A stretch of 59,775 nucleotides of DNA, counting the filler, from Bipalium vagum (lineage: Eukaryota): assembly GCA_037834085.1 (NCBI GenBank). It is 3 parts of 3 records of this genome, joined end to end, with 100 filler letters (N's around TTAATTAATTAA, not from the genome) between each part and the next. Parts side by side here need not be neighbours in the genome. Positions count along the whole stretch, not along the records: positions 17,602 to 40,584 come from JBBMKC010214918.1; positions 40,685 to 59,775 come from JBBMKC010010818.1; 1 more part is not named here. One strand, written 5' to 3'. Positions within the stretch are counted from its first letter, which is position 1. The number at the start of each line of letters is the position of its first letter. Of the stretch, positions 40,056-51,622 are shown in pieces. Position numbers and translations under genes: made by a program. The notes beneath the pieces were generated by a model. It was given only the letters and a program-made list of their open reading frames with translations, was not told where the DNA came from and searched no databases.

Positions 40056-40176
40056 TTTATATATTTCTATTAATTAATTTGAGAAGTTTGAACCTGCTTC
40101 GAATATTTCATGGAATAATTTAGAATTATCGCCACATGTTTGTAACTAAAGATTATACCAGGTGTAATAACAGGTG
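40056..40176 (-). promoter_or_regulatory. Putative proximal promoter of paralog D
   Basis: TATATAAA (40063-40056), TTCTCAA (40085-40079), two CAGGTG/CACCTG E-boxes (40159-40164, 40171-40176). Confidence 0.5.
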
Positions 40177-40509
40177 TGAAGGGGTGAAAGAAGGACTTTG
40201 TGTTTTGGTTATTTCAATTTTATATAAATCGCCTAAATAAAATTAAATGAATAAATATACATAAAAAATAAATGTACATAAAATAATATGAACTCAGAGG
40301 TGAATATTTATAAAAATTATATTTCATTGAGGACATTACAAAAAATAAAGTTTTCATTTTCAGATAACTTTATATGAAAAGATGAATGTCAAAAACTGAA
40401 AATCTTAATCTAATTAATGATTTCATAATTTCAGAAATAAATAAATTTATTTCTAATAGCATATTGTGATCTTTAATATTGATATAATTATTTTGTGTTT
40501 CTGCTTCAT

Positions 40510-40512
<3 letters not shown>

Positions 40513-40584
<72 letters not shown>
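40513..40584. repeat. (AAT)n microsatellite at contig end
   Basis: Pure run abutting the gap. Confidence 0.97.
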
Positions 40585-40684
40585 NNNNNNNNNNNNNNNN
40601 NNNNNNNNNNNNNNNNNNNNNNNNNNNNTTAATTAATTAANNNNNNNNNNNNNNNNNNNNNNNNNNNNNNNNNNNNNNNNNNNN
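40585..40684. other. Artificial contig spacer (44 N + TTAATTAATTAA + 44 N)
   Basis: Identical to the spacer at 17502-17601. Confidence 0.97.

Positions 40685-40753
<69 letters not shown>
40685..40753. repeat. (AAT)n microsatellite at contig start
   Basis: Pure run abutting the gap. Confidence 0.97.
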
Positions 40754-40754
<1 letters not shown>

Positions 40755-40899
40755 TAGAAAATTTCAAAGTATTAAATTTCCACATGTTACGGATTGATTT
40801 GCAATTAACATTTATCTAAAACGGATCAATTTTCGTTCTTTTCAGTGAAAAGAACTACCACATTTCGATCCCACTTCTGTCATAATTAATTTGATGAAT

Positions 40900-41900
40900 G
40901 TAAATGGTCTTAATTAATGTTGTTTTCATTATAAAATAATTGATTGTGTGGACATTTAGTCCACTAAAATCTAAACCAACTTGAACAAAACAGACCACAA
41001 GCAACGAAAACATAAACGGGAGACTGACAAGATTTGTTCAGAAAGGCCATTCAATAATCCTCTACTGGGACAAGGGAACTTTGCAAAAGTAAAGGCGTAT
41101 TTATCAACGTACCAACAGCTGTTACAAATTAGCTCGGGAGGAAAACATTTTTTATCCATTTGAGAATTCGGTAAAATGTTTCGGTTTCGAGACAAACCAA
41201 TCATCTAGCCTTTTTGACATAATTCTTGAAGCCTTGTTCAGGCAGACCATGTTCCCCAACCTAAACACATGATAATTCGACTTCATAATGACTACTGTTG
41301 GTGGTGTAACACACCTATTATCGGGCCTTTTAAGGTTTTAGTAATCTGACGTCAAGTTTGGACATTGCCATAACACTTTATCTTAGCATGATGGTTCACT
41401 GAGGTGCTTGGCTTAAGTTCATTGATTTATGTTCATATTCATTGGCAGTAACTATTTTTCATTGTTTCAGTAGTTCATAGTGCAGAAAAGTATTTTGATT
41501 CGTCCAAAAAAAGAATTACACTATCCATGAAAATGGAGTTTTCCAACTGAGTTCCTCTTTTGGTAGGTTTTATCTTTTATCCAATTGTCATTTCCAGTGG
41601 CCATCAGTGTACACAAGATTTTATTTTATTTCTTTTCATCAAAAGTCTGAAGGAGCTCTTTTTTTGCTGTTTTTCTCATTCTCTGTAAATATGTATGAGT
41701 CACACATTTCCTTTCTGATTTCTTTCCACAATTGCTTGTTGAGTTATATTCACTGAAGAAGTCAATTGTTCTCGTATCGTTCTTTCGCTTAGTTTATTTT
41801 TTCTGCCGTTATATAATTTTTTTCTATAAACTTGTTACCAATTTCTGAATAATAATAAATAGCACTTCATCAGAACGTCAGATAACCAATAATATAAATT
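40900..41900 (-). mobile_element. Possible highly degenerate piggyBac transposase
   Basis: Minus-strand remnants across several frames (GKCVTHTYL, FMDS, PPTVV, Cys-containing tail) in the order expected for a piggyBac DDD transposase. Confidence 0.35.
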
Positions 41901-42169
41901 GCAAACATTATCCAGGAATTATGAGAAACCAATTTATTAAATTCTTAATTATCGCCTAAATATAATTATTTATAATATCTGAGTAGGTAAGGATACCAAC
42001 TTTACCAGAAAATTACAAAATAATAATAATAATAATAATAATTTTATTATTAATATTATTATTATTAATTTTATTATTATTATTATTATTATATTTATCA
42101 ATATTATTAAAATTGTTATATTTATCAATATTATTATTAATATTTTTAATATTATTATGAAAGAATTAT

Positions 42170-42545
42170 TTTTAGCTTGGCAATGCAGGACAGTTAGTGC
42201 AATCAATTATTTGTCAGTTTGGCCGACCTGAATGGATGAAGTACGCTGGCGTGATTGTGGCATCCAGGAATAAATATGACCAATTTGCAAAATCCAATTA
42301 GTACGGGATAAACATCAATCATTGACGTAGTAAACATTGACCCTAACTACCGTCAACAAAACAAAAAATATGTCACTGGCGAACTATGGCTGCGAATATT
42401 TTCCAGATTCTGGATAAACAATGATTCCTACCACGAGTCCCGGGGATCACTTTTACAGATCAGCGATAACACAACATCATTGTGAGCATGATCGATTTGC
42501 AATCATTCATTGTTACTATTCAATAATCCACGGCAAAGAGGAAAA
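42170..42545 (+). mobile_element. Degenerate AP-endonuclease fragment of an RTE/CR1-like LINE
   Basis: AWQCRTV (cf. TWNVRTL), MDEVRWRDCG (cf. EVRWxGSG), PTTSPGDHFY (cf. APT...FY). Confidence 0.45.
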
Positions 42546-43788
42546 TCAACGGAAAAACCAACTTGAAAATTTTAATGAATCAATTAAAATTAAATTTTAC
42601 TTATTAAAACAAAGCGTGGAAAAATGTACAATAAAATTGTCTTTTTCTCTCCATTCATATCCTTATAAGCTTTGATGTTATTTTCTGAAACTCAAAGACA
42701 TTGTCTCAATTAATACACATTTCATGCTCAACGACGTCCTTTTGATGGTTTGATAATTGCATATATATAGTAGACTGACTATGTCCTTCAAGTACTCTAA
42801 ATGCCATTTCGAGTGAGAACGGGAAAATAATTTTCAATTCTTTTTATATGGCGTACAGTTCATTAATTCGAGCTGTTTTTCTAAGATTGGAGAATTAGAA
42901 TATGAAAACATTGTCTTTTTCATTATTACTTCGACTCTTTCCCTAAAATTGAGCACATTTTTCTTAATGTTTTCTTTTCGAAATCTATAAACATAATAAT
43001 AAACATAATAATAATAATTTATTATTTCCATTGTTTGAGGAACAATACATTCCATACATAGACATTTTCATTAGGAAATAAATAATTTTCGTTTTGTTTT
43101 ATCGAATTAATTTAATTTCAATGACTCAATTGACAAATTCAAAATTTGTAGACATTTTACTTATTTTAAGATTTAAAATAAAATAAAAAATATGTTGCAG
43201 CACTTTCTTCAATAAAATCCCTCACCTAAGCTCAAATTACCTTTACCGGTTTTGTTCAGCACGTTTTTCCAGGGTGGTCTTGAAATATAACGGATTTGAT
43301 GTTTAAATCTTTTTGATCTTGAGCAGTAATAAAAATTTTAAAAAACACAAATATATTTGAGAATGTTGACGATTGAAGACAGATCTTTCCATGCCTGGAA
43401 TTTCACGTCACCAATTGTTGAAATTGGCACAAATAATAAAAAGGGACAACCCCGAACAAAGATATCGAGTTGTCAAATCTGCAAAATTATTTTTCATGGG
43501 AAATTATTAATTATAAATAATTTATTTATTTATAATACACCATTAATAGACATTTAAAACTGTTTATCTTCTCCAATTTGATTGGATTCGGAAATCTTCA
43601 CATCCTTGGTGGTATTGGTCTGGTTTTGATTTTGTAATATTTACACAATATTTTGTAATTGTGTAAATTTAGGACGAAAGATATTTATTATATATTATGT
43701 TTTCGTTGCACCATGACCGAATTCTGAATTTGATTTTTTTATAAAGTGATGATTTATATAATGCTACAGTAAAAGTAATAAAAGAATA

Positions 43789-44304
43789 CGGGTTTTCTTT
43801 GAAAATAAGACCCCCTGAAAATAGGAATATGGTCTTAATTTAGTTGTTTTTAATTTTTGAAGAAAAGTTTTTTCAGTCCATAAAACTTTTTTTGTTTGAA
43901 ACATTTACTTATATTTTGTTTATCAAAAATTATATTTGGTAAGCCTTTTTATTAAAAATTTATAAGGTTTATTGATTTTTGTATTTTTAACAATGTATAG
44001 AAAGTCGTACAGCATGAAAGATAAGCTCAAAGCTCTTGAACATTTAAAGCAAAACAACAATAATGTTGGTAAATCAGCAAGAGATTTTGGCATAACAAAG
44101 AAGATGCTGCGGGACTTGAAAAAACAGGAGAATAAGATATGTGAAATGAAAATTAAATTAACAACGTTCCGAATAGGATCCAGGAGAACAGTATTCTGTA
44201 CTGAACTAGAAGAAGAGCTTAGCGCATCGTTAACCACAGAGCGTAAGATTAACAAACGATTAGTTACTGCTACGTTATCGACACTTTCTGAGTTCATGCA
44301 TTAA
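43789..44304 (+). mobile_element. 5' part of a pogo-family transposon (Brinker-type/CENP-B HTH region), truncated
   Basis: TA|CGGGTTTTCTTTGAAAATAAGACC TIR related to the one at 30524; RKSYSMKDKLKALEHLKQNNNNVGKSARDFGITKKMLRDLKKQ...ELEEEL. Confidence 0.8.
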
Positions 44305-46039
44305 AGATGGAGAATAATATTTATTAGATGAAAATAATTGAATGGTTGAATAAATGTATTATCTTTATCATTTACTTAAAAATTAATTATTAAAAACATT
44401 TTTATAAAAATTAATGATTACATTTTAATATATTACTTTACAATTTAAAAAAAATATTTAGAAATTATTTTTATTATTTAATATTAATTAAAATTTAATC
44501 CTTAGAAAAATATTTTAATAAAAATGATACACATATATAAAACCAAAAAGAAGTAAAATATTAAATAAATAAAAACAAATATTAATAATAAATTAAATAA
44601 AATAAATAAAGTAAAATAAAAATAAGTAATCAGTAAAATATATAACTAATAACGTTAAAAATTAAAAAAATAAAAAATGTTAATGTCTTAAATAACATTT
44701 TTTTTTATAAATTTGTGTATTAAGATGAAATTATTAACAAATTAAAATAAATATGTTCGGAAATTCCCAATAAATAACATTTTTTCTTTTATTATATCTA
44801 TTGGGTTTTGAATTTGAGATTTCGGTTTCAAAAATCGATATTGGGAAAATTAACTGAAAATATTCTGGAAAGAAAAAATTTGAAAAATCTGAAAAATCCA
44901 AGATAATAATTGAATTGGTTACTGAATTAAAAAGGGTGGCTAAGAAGATTTTGAAAGCTCTGGGGAAAAATTAATTTTTTACCACTATTTCTTCAATTAT
45001 CAAAATTCGGATCTTCTTCCAAATTGCAGTGCAACAATTCTTAATCCGATTAATTTAATGATTTAAAAATCGTGTAAAATGTTATTAAGTTAAATCGTAA
45101 ATATTTTTTTAATTTTAATTTTATTTTAACGGGGAGATAAATTTAGATGATCAATATTTATTTTGGCAGAATTGCTCTAGCAATGTTATTTCAGCATCAG
45201 TGACGGAAATTCCATATACATCACTCTTGCTTGTTTGAGATTGTGAAATTTTTAAATAAAATTATTTTACAGTTATAAAACTAAATTATTTTATTAAAGT
45301 TAAGTCATATAATAATTATATGAGGTTTCGATAATAAATATCATTTAAAAAGTCTTATTTTATAATATTATTCGGAGAGTTTTATTTAATTTAAAATATA
45401 GTTTGAAAAAATCAAAAAATAGAAAACTTTAAAATAAAATTAGAAAAATTGAAAAAGAGTTAATAAAAGTTTAAATAAACATATGGACAAGTATTTTCAT
45501 AAATATTAACAACAACCGAGTTGTAATCCATAAGAGAAGATATTTGTTATAATTTATTAAGTAACATCAACAATCAAAATGATCAAACAAGTTTTATCAA
45601 ACCATGGAATTTTAATTTCATTATAAATTTTGGAAAATTACTTCGAACTTTAACATTTTTAATTAATTTTTTAAAACTGATTTTCTCAATACATTAATCA
45701 ATATATTAATTAAATTTTCCAATACGTAATGCATAATATTTGAAAAAAAATACTTTCAATTACATTTTTAAATAGTTCTATTTTTAACAAATAATATATT
45801 ATTAAGCAACTACATTATAACAATAATTATAATTTTAAAATTAAAAATTCCCGTGGTCTCATTGGCCTTCTTATTAAATTATATTTTGGAAATATATATT
45901 CACAAATAACAATTGATTGTAAGAACGGCGATGGATGACCTTAATCAAAGAATAAAGTAAATTTTAATTAATGACGTAGCATATTTAAACTACTTAAATA
46001 ATCTTATATAGATCTTTTAGGATTTGATAAGTGGTAGTA

Positions 46040-46495
46040 AACTAAATACAACACGATGTTTGAATTTCTATAGCCACTTCGACATTGGTAACACGAAGGT
46101 CTTTCTTAACTAGAATTTGCACAATCTTGATGTTTTCTAGACTTCTTGTTGTGATGGGTTTTCCTTCTTGCCAGTCATCTTCCAGTTGTTCTCTGCCTTC
46201 AAAAATTACTTCTCTACAACGTAACGAGCTACCCAAAAACCTTTTGTAGTTCACAAATAATCATAGAAGGATTTCAATCAAGTCCAGTTGAAAAATATGA
46301 TGTTACAGTTAATTTTTAAAAATTTTCATTTTAAATTGTTGTCAAGGTTCTCTAGGTAAAGAAATGTATAATTAGTTCATTTAAACAAAAACTTGAACAT
46401 GTCGATTTATTATTATCATATAATTATGCTTTTAACATTGAAAAAGAAGAAACTTTTTTACATTTGTCTGAGAAAATTGTCACTACTCCTCGTGT
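46040..46495 (-). mobile_element. Mariner 5' fragment (irritans-like)
   Basis: FEGREQLEDDWQEGKPITTRSLENIKIVQILVKKDLRVT; TIR-like CGAGGAGTAGTGACAA on the minus strand at ~46493. Confidence 0.75.
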
Positions 46496-47994
46496 ACTAA
46501 AGAGAATACTCAAATAAAGATTAACCACGGAGGCCAAGCAATTTTTACCAAAGTTAAGAAATTATCATTCAACCATTCGTGTACAACTTTCTACAAATGA
46601 AGAGACTCGCTATTTTCCATATAAACGATATGTTCAATTATGTTATTAGATTTCAAACTTTGATAAAATTTTGTTTTCAGCATTTGTAAATATTGCGTAC
46701 TCAATTTTATCTTGAAAATATAGTGCAAGATTCCAGAATGTTCAAAGGAAAGCATGAATCCATTTTTTGATGTTTGACTCCTTTTATGTCTTCCAAAGAT
46801 CTTTTACAGTGACCAAGACCATAATTTTGATGACTGAAACCTCGGTTAGCATTCTTCATCGGAAAATAAAATTTTTCAATGTGATATTGATTATCTTCTA
46901 TTCGATGTGTTTTTTGTAAATATTGTCAGATATATATAGCTTTCAACTTAATTTTTTCTGCATAATTGTTGCTCAAAACTTCATCACAACTTTTTCGAGT
47001 TCTTGAAAACTATACTTTATATTTGTTGCTTGTCTGCAAATAGTGTTAATGATAACTTATTTAATCAATACTTAACCGATTTTAGCGAGTTGATTTTTTA
47101 TGTATATGATAAATTTCGTTTTATTTAAAATAGTCAAATAGGCCGTTTGGATTAAAAAAAAATACTATGATTATAAAGCCTACAACAAATTTAAGCCAGC
47201 ATCGCAAATTTTAGCTTTAAAATTTTTCCTATACTTTCTGCATATTAGTACCTAATTTGTTGTTTTAATGAGTTCAAAGGCAACTGAGATTCATGTTTGA
47301 ACAATATTGGTTGATCAAACGCGAAATTTAAATTAATTAGAAGGATAATGTTTTATTACTCCAATTTTATTTCTTTAATCAAATAATTTTTTATATAAAT
47401 TTTAAAATTAATTTTTTTTATTAAAAATTTATTACTTTCATTTTTATTAAAAATTTTAAATTTTGATATAAAAAATTTTCTGGTTACTATGGACCTAATA
47501 AAAAATTAGTGATAATTATGGCACCCCAAAAAACTGACCTATAAAAACTATTGAAATTGACTTTATTGACTTTTAAATACAAGCAATATTACACAATAAG
47601 TTGTGAAAATAATGTAACAAGTAATTTTTATTAATTATCAACATCAATATAATTATCACTGATAATATTTCACTTCTCATTGTACGAACTATTAGTTATA
47701 ATTATTATCTAAAGTTACATAATATTAATTATTAAAAATGGCTAACAGAATTTTTTGCTTAATCAATATTTTAGAAAAAGACCTACACAAATAAAATTAT
47801 TTTTAATAGCAATTTAATTTTGGTTTTACTTAAATAAAAATTATTTTATATTTTTGACGAGTCAGAATCTTTATTTTAGGCTGCAAAGAAATTATTGGCG
47901 GTTTTTATGATTTCATTTTTCATTTATGAATTGTTAAATGAAATTTTATTCTATTAATATAAAATTGTTTTTATCTTAAAGCGAAATCTTTTAA

Positions 47995-48245
47995 AAAGGT
48001 GAGTCAACAAAATATTTTATGAAGAAAAATTGTCAAAAATTTCTTAAGCATTTGAAAGCTGGATGAACGACATCCAAATTAAAACAGTGATCCTTTATGA
48101 ATAAAAATTTGGTGCACAAACTGCTCGAAATCTGAACCACATATTGGGAGAAGATGTCTGTAGTAAACGTAGTACTCAACGCTGGTTTCAGAGATTTAAG
48201 GATAGAGATGAAGATATTCAAAATAAAGATGATTGTGAACAAAAA
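47995..48245 (+). mobile_element. Mariner N-terminal fragment
   Basis: VILYE*KFGAQTARNLNHILGEDVCSKRSTQRWFQRFKDRDEDI. Confidence 0.7.
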
Positions 48246-48249
48246 TCTT

Positions 48250-49092
48250 CCACCAGGATCTTTTCATTGCAAATAAAAAAGCATTGATTATAAAAGATGA
48301 TAATCTTCATGGATATAAAATACAAAAGGAAAGAATCATTTTGCTGTTCTACGTAAGTATGTTGGAAGAAAAATTAAACAAGGTTTCAATTTTCAAACCT
48401 AAAAATCCCAAATGTTTTCGAAAAAACCAAAAAATTCTTGACAAATTACGAATTGATCACAAATCATCAAACAAAGTGAATTTTTACTGAATCAAGAAGA
48501 GAAAAACGGTGAAAGCTGTGATCTTTTCACATCTCTACGAAGATTAGATCTTTTTCAGGTATATCTTATGTTGAATCAGTCCTGAATAGAGGTCAGTGAA
48601 CAAACAATTTAAACTGTTGGGACGAATTGTTAAACATATGGTCAATATAAAATATACTATGGACGATAGTATTAATTTTGAGATCGAAAATGCAGAGATA
48701 CATTAAGTAATTGATGTTGATAATAATCAATTTATCGTAGGTTACTTAAACGAGGTAGTCAGGAAAGAGATATTTTTATGAAACTGATGATGACGTTAAC
48801 ATTTCCGAATTAAATACGCGGAATGAAACAAAACTCGTATACCGTGAAATTCTTTATTTTTACCTCAACTTGAATTATGACTTCTGGAAAACGAAAATGG
48901 CAGTGTTACCAAGTTTTATGATTTTTCGTGACACATTTACAGAATAAGAAAACAGAAAAAACTGAGTAAAAGTGATTTTTTGATTAGAAAAAATTAGATT
49001 GTCATTCTTATAAGTTTTTGTTATTTATTTGTTAATAACGAACAAGACAAAAAAATATTACCCCAATTGTTCGTAACCAACAAATTTGACTG
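48250..49092 (+). mobile_element. Tigger/pogo DDE_1 transposase remnant with right end
   Basis: GYKIQKERIILLFYVSMLEEKLNKVSIFKPKNPKCFRK (cf. KERLTVLLCAN...GKSKNPRCFK); terminus ...TTTGACTG|TA at 49092. Confidence 0.75.
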
Positions 49093-51059
49093 TACTCAAT
49101 AAATAATCTTTTATTTGACTGTGATATTTACAAGAGAAGATGTTTTGGAACCCCAAATCCTTTTGTCAACCCACCATAAGGTGTGGATCAGTAAGAAAAT
49201 TGTTAACATTTTGGGGGTTATTATTTACTGCGACAATTTCATCGTGGACAAGCTTTACATAAATATTCATCAATCAAAGTATTCCATATTTTGTTTGATT
49301 AAAATGTAACATTTTTACCACAGGGTCATTTAAAATAGATTTTACTAGATCAATACATGAAGCAGCTCAATACAGGTCCGAATTTCTAAATGCTTCTATT
49401 GTATTGTATCCTAGTAGAAAGTTATCCAATTTCTTTAATGTTCAATTTTAATTTAAGTTTCCAATGTGAAGAGGAAAAGTTTGAAAGAAAAACAATGTCA
49501 AATCAGAACAACGTTGAGGTCACAAAAGATCTAAAGTCATTCGATATTCTTTCATAAAAGATGATTATATGGTTCACAGCAAAGTCGGACATTGTATGTG
49601 TCAACCTATTAATATCAGTTAAAAAATATTTATATTTATAATAATAATAAATAAATAATATTAAATTTCTTTTAATAGCCAAATATGTTCTGAAACAGAA
49701 AACCAGTTCAGCCTGTTAATGGATATTTTCTTGACGAGGAAAAATTAAGAGATTCCTCTAAAATCTATTTTGACTCAACAAAATTTTACTATTTAACTCT
49801 AAAAAGTTCCATTTCCATTTCATGCTTCACTGACCATCAGGTTTCACCCAGATCCGCAAGTCTTGGAAAACAATTAATGAAAGCATCACAACAGTCTTAC
49901 TGAATTCCTGGGCTGTTCAACATTTTATTGGCGTTTTATGTAATGTATTTTTGTAAGAAAAGAATTGCCAGCGAATTTCGTTAAAAATGTCGTGTGGTAT
50001 ATTATAAATATAAAGCTTAGAGTGAAAGAATTATTATTATCAGGTTGTTCCACATGAAATGACGGGGTTTTTAGTTTTATTGTTTCAAAGATTTGTTAAT
50101 CAATCAATGTTTATGTTAATAATTGTTTTAGTATATCAAACCAAAGCACCAATTTCGTTTTTTATATAATTCTAAAAGTGAGTAGCTCAATTTAAATTTA
50201 CACGTTATCCTTTTCTCATTTTTGGATCATGGTTGAACATCATATTTAATTATCCATCCTTTATGAATTTAAGCTTCATTATAATGCATCGAAAGCAGCA
50301 AGAATAATATTTTCTCATGGGGTGATGGTTCTGTAAGTGAAACTGTTTTTTTCTTTTATTATATATTTCATAGAGGTCTATGTCAGATTCTCAATTTCAG
50401 GACGGTCTTCATATACTTATTTCAAGAATCCGAATTTCGATAAACAAAACTTGACATAATTATGTTTCTAGTTTCCTTCTTCAAACCGGCAAAAGTATCA
50501 TTCATATATTCTCCATTCAAAAAATGCACGAGATAATCAATTTTAAATTCTTCTGATATTTCCATTTTCGTCCAACGAATTTGAGTATTATTTTTTTTAA
50601 AAAAAATATTTCCCCTTTAATTTGCAATTAAAAATTATTTTATATTACTTCCTTTATCACTTTATTAAAACAAAAAAAACCCATAAAATATTTATGAGCA
50701 AAAGTTTCAATGAAGAAATTAATTCTTTTTATAAAATCCAAATACGAAACTTTTTCCTCGAAATTCATATTTTAATTCGTAAGGAAATATTTCTTTCAAC
50801 ATTATACATAAGAAGGGGAAATAATCCAAAATGAAAGGTTTCACAGATTAACTCAGCTTTGATATTTTAAGTTGCAGCAGATTAGATTTGGTCTGGTAAT
50901 AAAAACTTTGACAAATTGTGAACATTGAAAGGTGAATTTATAATGTAAACATACTATGAATTACTTTGCCGTGAAATCGTACTAAAGAAGAAACATCTTT
51001 AATTTTAAATGGGTACAAATAAGAAAGCATAAAAATCTAAGCAGCTTTCCTTTATTATA

Positions 51060-51622
51060 CAGGGTGTCAGTTAAGTAGCTTTACAACTTTAAAGTGTAAT
51101 AAATCTTTAATATTTAATTTTGTTTAGCTGAATTATTGTCACGTGTGGACTGACGTGTAAAATTTGAAATTTGAATATAATTATTTTTTATGGGTTACTA
51201 GTCGATTGTCGGCCAGTGACAAAGTCAGGGTGAAATGCGAGTCAAAATTATTGAAAAGAAATTTTAATTTAACTGACCCATAACAACTCAACGTGTATAT
51301 GGAAACGGGATTTTAATACTGATCCACTAGGTAGAGCAACAGTCAACGTGTGAAGGCTTATTAAGCAAATAGTGTATTTACAACCAATCCTTACTACAAG
51401 ATTTAAAAAAAAGAATCATTGATACATTTACCAATGTTATGAAAAAGCCTACTTGTCATGCTCCTGGCAGTTTAAATCATCGCAGGAAAGCTAAAGGAGA
51501 ACATTTTGGAATTATTTTATTGTTGTGTATGTTTTTGTTTTTATATAAAAATTTATAAGTCACAACGAGGAGATCTTTTGCTATTCACTCACAAATTTGT
51601 AAACATACTTTATTGGCACAGT
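51060..51622 (+). mobile_element. Non-autonomous Tc1/mariner-superfamily element (DD41D/DD37D-type ends)
   Basis: TA|CAGGGTGTCAGTTAAGTAGCTTTACAA with a degenerate inverted partner TTGTAAACATACTTTATTGGCAC; KGEHF C-terminal remnant. Confidence 0.5.

Noticed and set aside
41970-42206. Ile-rich hydrophobic ORF resembling a membrane protein
   Set aside because: Degenerate AAT/ATT low-complexity sequence.
49100-50100. Possible Gypsy pol remnant on the minus strand
   Set aside because: Only weak motif echoes; no LTR or catalytic motif seen.
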